Positions 49,352 to 58,747 of a stretch of 64,000 nt of DNA are shown here, one piece after another. This DNA comes from an uncultured Planctomycetales bacterium (GTDB taxonomy: Bacteria; Omnitrophota; Gorgyraeia; Zapsychrales; JBDRMG01). A program made the position numbers and the translations under genes. The DNA is taken from positions 113,068-177,067 of the forward strand of contig CAYZIY010000002.1 of NCBI GenBank assembly GCA_964478715.1, in the 5' to 3' direction. The notes under the pieces were generated by a model that was given only the letters and a program-made list of their open reading frames with translations, ran no database searches and was not told the origin of the DNA. Position 1 is the first letter of the stretch; each line of letters begins with the position of its first letter.

Positions 49352-49978
49352 ATGATTTTCGGACGGCTGATTTCCTCCATTAAAAAACACTTCAAAAAAA
49401 CCCGCAAGAAAACCAGGAAGAAAAAGACTTCCCCGAAGATTAAAAGAAAAAGATTCGTTAAAAAAAAGACGGTTCAGGGCAAACGCAGAACGCGGAAATC
49501 CTCCAAACCTCCAGAAACCGCCGGCCAAAGAAAATCCACAACGAAAAAGAAAAAGCAGACCACCTCTTTATCAGGAAGATCAAAGAAAATTAAAAAGAGG
49601 AAATCATCAAATTCAAGAAAAAAGCAGAGTATCAATAATAAGGGAGCTTTAAAACGAAAAATTACAAAGAAAAAGAAAATTTCCGGAGTTGCTAAAGAAC
49701 CGCAGAGAAAACTTGCGATTTCAGGTGAAAAGCTAATTGGGGAAATTACTCATTATTTTTCGAAAATAAAAGTTTGCGTGATCAAAATGACGGCTGGCAC
49801 GATTGCCCTGAACGATCCATTGCATATCAAGGGAAGCTCAACGGATTTCAGGCAAAAAGTTGGCTCGCTTCAAATTGAAAACTCTGATGTCCGGATTGCC
49901 AAAAAAGAACAGCTGGTCGGCATGAAAGTCAAGCATAAAGTCCGCCAAGGAGATCAGGTCTTTAAGATCGTGTCTTGA
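49352..49978 (+). CDS. Lys-rich protein with a C-terminal translation-factor-like (EF-Tu domain II/U32 C-terminal-like) beta barrel
   Basis: About 120 aa K/R-rich N-terminus; IGEITHYFSKIKV...IKGSSTDFRQKVGSLQI...VGMKV...VRQGDQVF. Confidence 0.75.
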   Translation: MIFGRLISSIKKHFKKTRKKTRKKKTSPKIKRKRFVKKKTVQGKRRTRKSSKPPETAGQRKSTTKKKKQTTSLSGRSKKIKKRKSSNSRKKQSINNKGALKRKITKKKKISGVAKEPQRKLAISGEKLIGEITHYFSKIKVCVIKMTAGTIALNDPLHIKGSSTDFRQKVGSLQIENSDVRIAKKEQLVGMKVKHKVRQGDQVFKIVS

Positions 49979-50088
49979 TATTGTTGTAACTTGTTGTAAC
50001 TTGACGAAGTTTCCCATTGAGTATTATCGGGAATATGATATAGTTGAAGAAAGAGCATGACGGTAAACTCAGGAAACTAGAGACGAAT

Positions 50089-50244
50089 ATGCATAGAAAA
50101 AAAGCTCAAAGCACGCTCGATCATCTGCTTTTGGCAACGACCGTTATCGTTGTTCTGGTGGCCTTCACCAAGCTTAACGGGCCTTTTGCCAATAAGGTCG
50201 AAGATGCCCTCAATGCCATTCCGTGGATGATCAACGAAGAATAA
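50089..50244 (+). CDS. Small pilin-like protein with class III signal peptide
   Basis: MHRKKAQ STLDHLLL followed by a hydrophobic helix; resembles the KK(G/A)QSxxEY prepilin motif. Confidence 0.6.
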   Translation: MHRKKAQSTLDHLLLATTVIVVLVAFTKLNGPFANKVEDALNAIPWMINEE

Positions 50245-50301
50245 TCGGGCAATTCCAGACTTCATCTCAACTTCAAGCAAATAGACTGTGAAGGTAATTT
50301 T

Positions 50302-50754
50302 ATGACTAAGAAAAATGCTTCGCTTCAGAAATTAAATTCACAAGAAAAACAGTTAATGAAACGTTATCTAGTATGGTGTTACAAAACCACCAGGGAAGAG
50401 CTTGATCTAACGGATCGAAAATTCACCCAGCTGGTGGTTGATCGAGAGATCGATCGCTATCTGCAAAGAGGAAAAGCAAAATTGGCCTCTTTAACAGATA
50501 GGGAAGCGCTCAACCAACACCTCAAGGATTTGAGAATCTATATTGAAGAAAAGCAAAAGAGGGCATGGGAATCTAAATTTCAGGATCCCGCGCAAGGACT
50601 TCTGAAGCCGAAATATGCCTATTTGATATTGCGACTGGAAGCCATCGAAAATACTATCGTTCATTTTTTTAGCAAAAGAGTGCTTAAAGAAATTCAGAGA
50701 CTTTACGAGCAGGAAATGACCGGGCGAATTCTCAAGGCTCGAGAGCATTCATAA
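50302..50754 (+). CDS. Hypothetical helical protein
   Basis: 150-aa ORF with plausible start, 7 nt upstream of the GGDEF gene. Confidence 0.7.
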   Translation: MTKKNASLQKLNSQEKQLMKRYLVWCYKTTREELDLTDRKFTQLVVDREIDRYLQRGKAKLASLTDREALNQHLKDLRIYIEEKQKRAWESKFQDPAQGLLKPKYAYLILRLEAIENTIVHFFSKRVLKEIQRLYEQEMTGRILKAREHS

Positions 50755-50761
50755 ATAGACT

Positions 50762-51652
50762 ATGGCCAATCAGGAAGTTCTCAATCAAAAAGACGGATTA
50801 ACCGGTTATCATACCAAGCAGGGATTATTCGAATATCTCTCTTCGAAGACGCAGTCTGTTTATAACCGCCCCAAGAATCTGGCTGTCATTCTTCTGGATC
50901 TGGATAAATTCAAGCCAATCAATGATACATACGGACATCTTATCGGTGATGATGCGTTGAGGCATTTTTGCATGGCTATTAATAAGGCTTTAAAGGGTAA
51001 ACATTTTGTCGCACGCTACGGTGGCGATGAGTTTGTTATCGTTTGCGATGACGATGCCAGCGGCAAGGAGAGTTTAGAAATTGCCAAACGCGTTAAGACG
51101 ATTCTTAAACGCGAAAAGTTTTTTACGCCTAAGGGGCATATCCGCATTCGTTCTTCGATTGGTATCTCGCATTATCCTGAAGATGCCAAAACTGGCCGCG
51201 GACTTCTCGATAGGGCAGATCAGGCGCTTTATTATGCCAAGCAGCACGGGCGGGATCAGGCTGTCAGCACTCGCAGTCTGCGAAAGTATTCAGCAAAAAA
51301 TAGGTTTTTTAGTCTGGCAAAACTGGCATTGATTTTTGGAATTGTGGCTATTATTTTTCTATCTTATTATCGGACCAATACACTGCGCGGGATTTCGGCA
51401 TATTTTAAAAACCTCTTTCAGCAGACGTCTTTTACAAGACATCAGAAAAAAAGGGGATACAATTTTGCAACACTGAGGTTAAAAGACGGCAAGAAAATAT
51501 CCGGATGGATCATAAGTGAAGACGAGGAAAAAATAACTATGACTATGACAAAACCGGAGTTTCATTTGAATCCCTTACGCATGAAGGTCGCTGCAGAACC
51601 CCTTATCGTACCGAAATCTCAAATCATCGCATCGATAACCGTTTCTAAATAG
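50762..51652 (+). CDS. Diguanylate cyclase (N-terminal GGDEF, TM, small C-terminal domain)
   Basis: DGLTG, DLDKFKPINDTYGHLIGD, RYGGDEF, ADQALYYAK. Confidence 0.9.
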   Translation: MANQEVLNQKDGLTGYHTKQGLFEYLSSKTQSVYNRPKNLAVILLDLDKFKPINDTYGHLIGDDALRHFCMAINKALKGKHFVARYGGDEFVIVCDDDASGKESLEIAKRVKTILKREKFFTPKGHIRIRSSIGISHYPEDAKTGRGLLDRADQALYYAKQHGRDQAVSTRSLRKYSAKNRFFSLAKLALIFGIVAIIFLSYYRTNTLRGISAYFKNLFQQTSFTRHQKKRGYNFATLRLKDGKKISGWIISEDEEKITMTMTKPEFHLNPLRMKVAAEPLIVPKSQIIASITVSK

Positions 51653-51657
51653 GGAGA

Positions 51658-51933
51658 CTAGCGCATGCGGGCTCGATCAAGACGCTGCATTTGTTGTTGA
51701 TGACGCAACCGTTCCATTTCCATGCGATGATCCTGCATTTTTCTTTCATGTTCACGACGAGAATCTTCGATAAACTGTTGAGATTGAGAATAAATCTTCG
51801 AGGCTTTTGGCGTGTTCTCTCTATCGGGATCTTCGCGAAAAGATTTTCCGAGATGCGTGATAAAACCAAAGAAGGCTCCGATAAATATCAGAATCAATAA
51901 AACAGCGATAAAAGGGATAATAATTTTACTCAT
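51658..51933 (-). CDS. Hypothetical membrane-anchored protein
   Basis: N-terminal TM, Q/R/M-rich helix; TATACT 6 nt upstream of the ATG. Confidence 0.6.
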   Translation of the reverse strand: MSKIIIPFIAVLLILIFIGAFFGFITHLGKSFREDPDRENTPKASKIYSQSQQFIEDSRREHERKMQDHRMEMERLRHQQQMQRLDRARMR

Positions 51934-52096
51934 ATTTAAAGTATAAACTAAATATCGTCGGAAACAATAAATAATTTGATAAGATCTTCAGCAGAAAAGT
52001 GTGAAGGCGAAATCGAATTTCTGTTGAACAGCTTGGTCATTTGCTGTAAAATAAATCTTCAACGGTAATCAATATTATTAGAAAAGGAGGCGGAAG

Positions 52097-52426
52097 ATGG
52101 GAAAGTCGAAAAAAGGAGTGGACTTTCAGAAAGAATGGCAAAGCATCAGCAAGCTGTTAAATCAGTACGGTAATGAAACTATGAAAGTTGTCAAGCGTGG
52201 AGAAAAAGAATTGATCAGACTCTCCAAAGAAGGAAAATTGAGGATCGATGCTGCTGGTGTCAATGTTAAGCTGGAACAACTCACTTACCAGATCGGTAGA
52301 GAATATATCAAAAGCCGTTTTCCCGGAAAAAAGACAGCCAAATTGACAAAACTTGTCAAAGACTATAAGGATGCCTTGAAGGAAAAGAAGGCCCTGGATA
52401 GTAAAATTAAAAGCGCCAAGAAATAG
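52097..52426 (+). CDS. Hypothetical basic coiled-coil protein
   Basis: Strong SD AAGGAGG; 109 aa. Confidence 0.75.
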   Translation: MGKSKKGVDFQKEWQSISKLLNQYGNETMKVVKRGEKELIRLSKEGKLRIDAAGVNVKLEQLTYQIGREYIKSRFPGKKTAKLTKLVKDYKDALKEKKALDSKIKSAKK

Positions 52427-52439
52427 CTGCTTAATCTTT

Positions 52440-53036
52440 ATGAAGCCATATTGCTGTAAACTGTTTATTTCGGCAGTCGGAGCAGGGGTGTTTTTTCTGA
52501 TAGTGTTTGCTTGCTGTCTGGCCGATCAAATTGATATCTATGTTGATGGGCAGAGATATCAAGGAATGGAAGAGTACCGCAAAAAGCTTAATGAGCCGAC
52601 CGGTGAAGCGAAGTCAGGGGGAGGCAATGAGAATAATGCCCCTAACCAAGAAAAAATAGAGACAACTCAAGAAAAGGGAAATCTTCAAGAAATCAAGGCC
52701 ATGATTGACGATCTAATTAAGAAAATTCCTCAAATTGAGCTTGATAGCATACCAAAAGAGGAAATCCAAACTGAAGATCTTGATTTGAGGAAACCAACCT
52801 CGATGGAAAATAGGAGCAAGCCGAAGGATGCTTCCCGTAAAGCAACCATGGGTGTCGAAGATTTTAGGAAAATGATAATGAAAGGGATGGCCGAGCAACA
52901 AAAGTTATCGCCATCTTCGCCGACAAGCGATAAGGCGCCAGCCGATTCCGATTTTGAGGTTCATCCGGAGAATCAAAAAGATCCCTATGTTGATGTTGAT
53001 CCATTTTGGCTTTTTGACGAGAACACCGTTAAGTAG
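52440..53036 (+). CDS. Hypothetical exported protein
   Basis: N-terminal hydrophobic signal-like segment, low-complexity charged body. Confidence 0.6.
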   Translation: MKPYCCKLFISAVGAGVFFLIVFACCLADQIDIYVDGQRYQGMEEYRKKLNEPTGEAKSGGGNENNAPNQEKIETTQEKGNLQEIKAMIDDLIKKIPQIELDSIPKEEIQTEDLDLRKPTSMENRSKPKDASRKATMGVEDFRKMIMKGMAEQQKLSPSSPTSDKAPADSDFEVHPENQKDPYVDVDPFWLFDENTVK

Positions 53037-53045
53037 GTTGGATTC

Positions 53046-53912
53046 ATGAGGCAACGATTGATCTATGAAGTTTCTCTTAAGGGATCACATCGGAGTCACT
53101 GCTGCAGTGAGATATGTAGAAGTCTCTTTGAAAATTACGGGGTTCCGTCAGAATCCATCGCAGAGCTAAATGCCGGTCAACGATTTAGGATTTCGACTTA
53201 TTTTTATTCGAAAAAAAAGGTCGAACGTCTGCGCCGGCTTGTTAAAAGAAATAGAATTAAAAAAATAATATTTGAAAGCAGAACTCTCAAGCCACGCGAT
53301 TGGCAAGATAAATGGAAAGAAAAATTCCGCAAATTTTCTCTATCCCCAAGCATTGATATTATACCTCAATGGCAGCAAGCTGGCTATCGTACTAAAAAAA
53401 AGATTCCTATTTTCTTACAGCCGGGAAACTCTTTTGGGACCGGACTTCATTCTTCCACTCAGTTGATCGCCGAGCTGATCGAAGAGAAATCAATTCATAT
53501 TGAGAGTTTCTTGGATATTGGTACCGGAACAGGAATTTTGACCATTATTGCCCTGAAGTTGGGTGCTCGAGAAGCCTGGGCTATTGATTTTGACCCATCC
53601 TGCGTTGAATGCGCTCGAAAGAATTTTGAAATCAATCAGTGTTCTGGCGTTACTCTAAGAGAACTCGATTTGGTTCAATTGAAGTCCAGAAAAAAATTTG
53701 ATTTTGTGGCTGCTAACTTAATATCCGAAACCTTGATTAAAAACAGCGCCAAGCTTGTATCTCTGGTGCGCAAAAAGGGATATCTGGCTATTTCAGGAAT
53801 TATTGAAGAAAACCTACCCGATGTCAGAAAGGCTCTTCAGGAATCTTCTCTTGAGAAAGTGAAAATCAAGCGGGACTTAAACTGGTGCGCCTGTTTGTTT
53901 AAGAAATCATAA
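53046..53912 (+). CDS. prmA: Ribosomal protein L11 methyltransferase
   Basis: DWQDKWK, PGNSFGTGLHSST, LDIGTGTGIL, ANL, SGI. Confidence 0.9.
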   Translation: MRQRLIYEVSLKGSHRSHCCSEICRSLFENYGVPSESIAELNAGQRFRISTYFYSKKKVERLRRLVKRNRIKKIIFESRTLKPRDWQDKWKEKFRKFSLSPSIDIIPQWQQAGYRTKKKIPIFLQPGNSFGTGLHSSTQLIAELIEEKSIHIESFLDIGTGTGILTIIALKLGAREAWAIDFDPSCVECARKNFEINQCSGVTLRELDLVQLKSRKKFDFVAANLISETLIKNSAKLVSLVRKKGYLAISGIIEENLPDVRKALQESSLEKVKIKRDLNWCACLFKKS

Positions 53913-53913
53913 T

Positions 53914-54345
53914 ATGATGACGCCTTTAAAGATAACCAAGGAAAAAGAAAAAGCTCTGCTTAAGCGGATGCGGAAACTGGGAATACGCGAAGAAGATTTA
54001 AGGGAGACATTTGTTCGTTCTTCGGGCCCGGGGGGACAGAATGTCAATAAGGTGTCTAGTTGCGTGCAGTTATTGCATGACTTGAGCCAGACCTCAGTGA
54101 AATGTCAGTCTCGACGATCTCAAGTTATCAACAGGTATCTGGCGCGCCAAATGTTATGTGAGCGCCTTGAAAGGAAGCGGGCGCAGAAGTGCGCACAAGA
54201 GAAAGAAAAAAGAGAGAAATTAAGACGGCAGAAACGCAAGCGCTCACCTCAAGCAAGAGAGCTGATGCTTGAGACAAAGAAAAAAAGATCGCAAAAAAAG
54301 AAATTACGAAAGAAAATTAATATCAATAAAATGGATGAATATTAA
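53914..54345 (+). CDS. Peptide chain release factor-like ribosome rescue protein (GGQ domain plus basic tail)
   Basis: ETFVRSSGPGGQNVNK, KCQSRRSQ..NR..AR, long basic C-terminal tail. Confidence 0.88.
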   Translation: MMTPLKITKEKEKALLKRMRKLGIREEDLRETFVRSSGPGGQNVNKVSSCVQLLHDLSQTSVKCQSRRSQVINRYLARQMLCERLERKRAQKCAQEKEKREKLRRQKRKRSPQARELMLETKKKRSQKKKLRKKININKMDEY

Positions 54346-54349
54346 GCGC

Positions 54350-55570
54350 ATGATTTCCGATACTCAGGCCTTAAGATTGATCAGGAAAAATGTACCGCTT
54401 ATGAAAAGCGAACGGTGTCATTTTCTGGATGCTTTGGGCCATGTCCTTTCTCAAGATCTAAAAGCTACCTGCGATTTACCGACATTCAATCGTTCGACCA
54501 TGGACGGATATGCCCTGCGGTTCATTGATAGTCAAAAGGTTTCTTCACAAAGACCTATCTGCTTAAAGATTGTGGACCGTATGACAGCCGGCCGAGTGAG
54601 TCGGCGAAGGCTAGGTTGTAATGAAACAGTTCGGATCACTACCGGGAGCATGATTCCTCAGGGGGCCGATGCCGTGGTGAAGCAGGAAGATGTGGTTGAA
54701 GAGGATGGGGCTATATGTCTTTTAAAGAAAATGACCAAAGGTGAAAACATTGCTCATCGAGCAGAAGATATCAAGAAAAATGAGACGGTTCTCACAAAAG
54801 GACACATCATTACCCCTGCAGTGATTTCCCTTTGCGCGGCTATGGATATAGTTTATCTGTCTGCGTTTAAGCGACCGCAGATTGCTATTATAGCTACCGG
54901 AGATGAGCTGATCGATACGCGAGAGCCGCTTCGGCCCGGAAAAGTCAGAAGCTGCAATCAATATGCTTTGTTATCACAGTTGCGCTCTTGCGGTTTTGAA
55001 GCGATTCTTTTGGGGATTGCGCGCGATAACAGGAGGGACTTAAAGAGAAAAATAGCCTGCGGACTGCGCTATAATGTGCTGTTGATCTCCGGCGGCGTGT
55101 CAGTGGGTCCTCGGGATCTGGTAGGTTCACTTCTGCAGGAATTGGGCGCCAGAAAGATTTTCTGGAAGGTGGCGGTTAAGCCGGGCAAGCCGCTTCTGTT
55201 TGCGAGAAAAAAATCGACAGTCATTTTCGGCTTGCCCGGCAATCCTGTATCAACGATGATATCTTTCATTAAATTCGTTCAGCCGGCGCTTTTAAAAATG
55301 AGCGGGGCCTTGTCTTATCGGCTGCCGCAGGAAAAGGCTGTGCTTGATCATGATCTTCTAGTCGAGCCAGGACGTAAAAAGATTATCCGCGGCTATGTCT
55401 ATGAGGGGCGATCCGGGAAAAAGCGGGTGACCACAAGAGGGCACCAGGGCTCGGGAAATCTTGTTAGTTTGGTTCGGTCCAATTGTTTCTTTGAAATTCC
55501 ACAGAGTGTAAAAAAAGTCAGGAAAGGGCAGAGGGTAGCTGTTACTTATCCCTCATCGATGATTCAGTGA
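54350..55570 (+). CDS. moeA: Molybdopterin molybdotransferase
   Basis: STMDGYA, ITTGSMIPQGADAVV, ATGDEL, SGGVSVG, KPGKP, GLPGNPVS; start uncertain (54335 or 54350). Confidence 0.92.
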   Translation: MISDTQALRLIRKNVPLMKSERCHFLDALGHVLSQDLKATCDLPTFNRSTMDGYALRFIDSQKVSSQRPICLKIVDRMTAGRVSRRRLGCNETVRITTGSMIPQGADAVVKQEDVVEEDGAICLLKKMTKGENIAHRAEDIKKNETVLTKGHIITPAVISLCAAMDIVYLSAFKRPQIAIIATGDELIDTREPLRPGKVRSCNQYALLSQLRSCGFEAILLGIARDNRRDLKRKIACGLRYNVLLISGGVSVGPRDLVGSLLQELGARKIFWKVAVKPGKPLLFARKKSTVIFGLPGNPVSTMISFIKFVQPALLKMSGALSYRLPQEKAVLDHDLLVEPGRKKIIRGYVYEGRSGKKRVTTRGHQGSGNLVSLVRSNCFFEIPQSVKKVRKGQRVAVTYPSSMIQ

Positions 55571-56016
55571 TGACAAAAAGAGGTCTTGTTAATATATCTT
55601 TAAAAAAGAAAACTTTGCGCCAAGCTGTGGCCGGCATTTCGCTAAAGATGGACAAGAAAGCCTTCACGGTTCTTAAAAAAGGCCACAGAATAAAGGGGGG
55701 TATTCTGCAAACGGCTCAGGTGGCCGGTTTAATGGCTGTGAAATCGACACCGCAAATTATTGCCCACTGTCATCCTATCGCCTTGACCGATATTCAATTT
55801 ACGTTTAAAAAAAATGAGAAGCAGTCAAGGCTGGATATTCGTACCAAAGTTTGCTGCATTGACCGCACCGGCGCTGAGATGGAAGCCCTCTGCGGAGCCA
55901 TGGTTGCCGCATTGACGGTCTACGATATGCTTAAAAAGATCGATGCTAAAATAATTATCAGAGATTTGAAATTGATTGAGAAAACCGGCGGACGAAGTGG
56001 AGTATTTAAAAGATGA
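55567..56016 (+). CDS. moaC: Cyclic pyranopterin monophosphate synthase
   Basis: AGLMAVKST, CHPI, TGAEMEAL, YDMLK, KTGGRSG. Confidence 0.9.
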   Translation: MMTKRGLVNISLKKKTLRQAVAGISLKMDKKAFTVLKKGHRIKGGILQTAQVAGLMAVKSTPQIIAHCHPIALTDIQFTFKKNEKQSRLDIRTKVCCIDRTGAEMEALCGAMVAALTVYDMLKKIDAKIIIRDLKLIEKTGGRSGVFKR

Positions 56017-57653
56017 AAGAGAACCTCTTCGGTTTTAGTCATTATCGATTTTATAAGTTCATCTATGCGGTTATTTTTTTGTTGATTCTTTTTGGGATTT
56101 TTTGCCGGTTTTATCAGATCAATCGAAATACGTTTATGCATTATGACGAGGGGCTTTATTTGAATCATAATAGGCCCTTGCATGAGATCATGATTCATCA
56201 TCCGCCTCAAAATATGAGCGAGGGATTTCGGCTTTTTCATGCTTGGATGAAATCTTCACTGACTATGACAAAGGTTTTGTGGGTGATGGTTCTGGATATG
56301 CGATTGTTGTGGGGAGGATGGGACGATTGGTATTTTGCCCGGATTGTTTCGGCTTTATCCGGTGTCTTCACAGTGATGCTTGTCTATTTGTTTGCCCGTC
56401 GGCATTATCAATCTAAAGAGATAGCTGTTTTAAGCGCTCTTTTGTTGTGGCTGATGCCTTCCGATATATTTTATTCCCGAATGGCTCTCCAGGAAGCGTT
56501 CTGCGGCTTTTGGTTTTTTAGCGGACTTTATCTTTATATTTTTCCGCGCACTTTTAACAAAAGAACCTTTTTATCCGGCCTTTGTTTTGCCGCGGCTTTT
56601 TTGACTAATTATCGTTTGGCAATCATTCCCATTCTTATTTTTGCTTTGGAGTTTAGTTTTTTGATTAGTCGGCAGGGAAAGCCGCAATGGCGGCATTATG
56701 TCTGGAGCATGGTGGTCTTCTTAACAACGGTTATCCTTATCGGAGGACTATACGGCGGACGCAATAGTTATATTATTTTTGCCTGGATGATACGTCAGGC
56801 CCAGATCGCCAAGCTCCCGTTTAGTTTCCTGAATCTTTTTTCCTATCCGTATTATCTTTTTACGATGGAGAATTTCTTTTTCGGAATTTTCTTTTTTGGA
56901 AATATCTATTTCTTGATCAGACAAAAAAGGAAGAATCTTCCTCTTTTTGGGGTTTCCTGCCTTTATATGATCTTTTTCACCTTGGCTAGGGAAAAGGGCG
57001 CGCGGTACTTAAGTGTTGTCTATCCTTTGATCGTCATGTCTGTCAGCTACGTTGTTTTTCAGCTGTGGGGTCAAAGAGCGCGAAAAGTCAAGATCATCGC
57101 CGCGCTGTGTCTGATTTTTATGCTGGTGGGTTTTGCCATAAAATCTTTCAGGATTTCCCAATTTAAAGCCGCTTATCAAGAGTCCGTTACTGACATCCTC
57201 AAAGAAGATCCTCAGGCGAAAATCCTTACCACTCAGCCGACGATTCAAAATCTCTTTACCTCTGTGGAAAATGTTGCTAGCGCCCCGAAAAACTTTGCCG
57301 AACTGGCTTGGCGTTACGAGCAGGGGTATCGTTATTTGATCCTTGATCCGCAGGTTTATATCAGTTGGACCAAGAACGATTTGCATTTTACGGAACTTAA
57401 GGATTATCTGGATTTTATTTTGGTTCATATTCGTCCCCATCGTATTTATCATCATTTTCATTCGCATCTGATGGAGCGTTTTGTTTTTGAGCACAATGAA
57501 AATTTACGCCTTTCAAATAAATTTTTGGCGCAACAAAAGCCCGTCAAGGGCCTTTTGCGTGTTTATAAGATTGAAGAAATTATTAATGAGATTAATTATC
57601 GCCTAAAAATGAGTCAGCAGCCACCATTGTTTACAGAAGAAGCTCCAGGCTGA
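56013..57653 (+). CDS. GT-C (ArnT/PMT-like, GT39/83) membrane glycosyltransferase
   Basis: TM1 followed by YDEG acidic motif, ARIVSALSG, FYSR, about 11-12 TM helices, RYL. Confidence 0.75.
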   Translation: MKENLFGFSHYRFYKFIYAVIFLLILFGIFCRFYQINRNTFMHYDEGLYLNHNRPLHEIMIHHPPQNMSEGFRLFHAWMKSSLTMTKVLWVMVLDMRLLWGGWDDWYFARIVSALSGVFTVMLVYLFARRHYQSKEIAVLSALLLWLMPSDIFYSRMALQEAFCGFWFFSGLYLYIFPRTFNKRTFLSGLCFAAAFLTNYRLAIIPILIFALEFSFLISRQGKPQWRHYVWSMVVFLTTVILIGGLYGGRNSYIIFAWMIRQAQIAKLPFSFLNLFSYPYYLFTMENFFFGIFFFGNIYFLIRQKRKNLPLFGVSCLYMIFFTLAREKGARYLSVVYPLIVMSVSYVVFQLWGQRARKVKIIAALCLIFMLVGFAIKSFRISQFKAAYQESVTDILKEDPQAKILTTQPTIQNLFTSVENVASAPKNFAELAWRYEQGYRYLILDPQVYISWTKNDLHFTELKDYLDFILVHIRPHRIYHHFHSHLMERFVFEHNENLRLSNKFLAQQKPVKGLLRVYKIEEIINEINYRLKMSQQPPLFTEEAPG

Positions 57654-57675
57654 TCTTAAACGAAAAAATTTTGTC

Positions 57676-58698
57676 ATGATGCGTTCAGTCCTCCCATTCT
57701 TATTGATCTCTCTGATTAGCTTCTACGGCTGTAATACGCCTTTAAACAACAAGCATATTGATAAATATAGCGAAACTCGTTTTTTGATGGGAACCATTGT
57801 CAGAATCGATGTATGTCAGGATATCGATGATAAGATTCAGTTTTATCGAAGCTTAAAAAGAGCCTGGCAGGAAATGGAGCGTATTGAGGAGATATTTTCC
57901 GTAACAAATAATGAGAGTGAATTAAGCAGGCTCAACAGTTCTCAAGGCGGGATGAGTGTCAGCTATGATCTTTATGATTTGATGAAGAAGTCAATTCAAT
58001 TGTCTCGAGAGACAAAAGGAGCCTTTGATATTACCGTCAAGCCTTTGCTTGATCTTTGGCAAGAAGGCTACAGGCGAAAATATCTTCCTTCATCTAAGGA
58101 AATTGAGAAAGTAAAAGAGGTAGTTGGTTTTCAACAGGTCGAGTTTTCAGAAAATCAGACAGTGAGTTTTAAAAATACCGGCATGAAAATTGGGATGGGG
58201 GCGATTGCAAAAGGATATGCGATTGATCGGGTTGTCCAAATGATTAGGGCTGAAGGGATTTATGATTTTTTAATTGATGCCGGCGGTGATCTGTTTGTCA
58301 GCGGAAAAAGTTGCCGTGGTGATTTATGGAGAATCGGTGTCCGTCATCCCCTCAAGAAAGAGGTAACCATGGAACGCTTGCACTTAACGGATCAAGCGGT
58401 GGCCACATCCGGGAATTACGAGCGGTATTTCGAAATACAGGATGAGAGATATTCACACATTATTGATCCGCGCAGTGGCTATCCAGTAGAGAATAATTTG
58501 AGTGTCACCGTTATGGCGCCCTCAGCGTTGGAGGCTGACGCTTTGGCAACGGCTCTATCCATACTTTCTCCCGAAGAAGGGCTTTCCCTTATTCATCGCA
58601 AAGGAAAGGCTTATGGGGTGATCATATATCAGAAGAAGGGGATGGGCGGGATGAAGCGTTTGGCCAGCGAACATATTTCTGAACTTTACAAACCATAA
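57676..58698 (+). CDS. apbE: FAD:protein FMN transferase (lipoprotein)
   Basis: Lipobox-like FYGC, LMGT, GAFDIT, GAIAKGYAID, AGGD, ATSGNYER, HIIDPRSG, ADALATA. Confidence 0.93.
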   Translation: MMRSVLPFLLISLISFYGCNTPLNNKHIDKYSETRFLMGTIVRIDVCQDIDDKIQFYRSLKRAWQEMERIEEIFSVTNNESELSRLNSSQGGMSVSYDLYDLMKKSIQLSRETKGAFDITVKPLLDLWQEGYRRKYLPSSKEIEKVKEVVGFQQVEFSENQTVSFKNTGMKIGMGAIAKGYAIDRVVQMIRAEGIYDFLIDAGGDLFVSGKSCRGDLWRIGVRHPLKKEVTMERLHLTDQAVATSGNYERYFEIQDERYSHIIDPRSGYPVENNLSVTVMAPSALEADALATALSILSPEEGLSLIHRKGKAYGVIIYQKKGMGGMKRLASEHISELYKP

Positions 58699-58747
58699 GG
58701 GTTCATTTTTGTTATAATGATAATCCATTAACGTTAAGGGGGGAGGT

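Noticed and set aside
49981-50003. TTGTTGTAAC twice in tandem
   Set aside because: Two copies only; likely local slippage with no supportable function
54350-56016. moeA-moaC without other Moco genes
   Set aside because: The remaining genes may lie outside the window; nothing abnormal can be shown here
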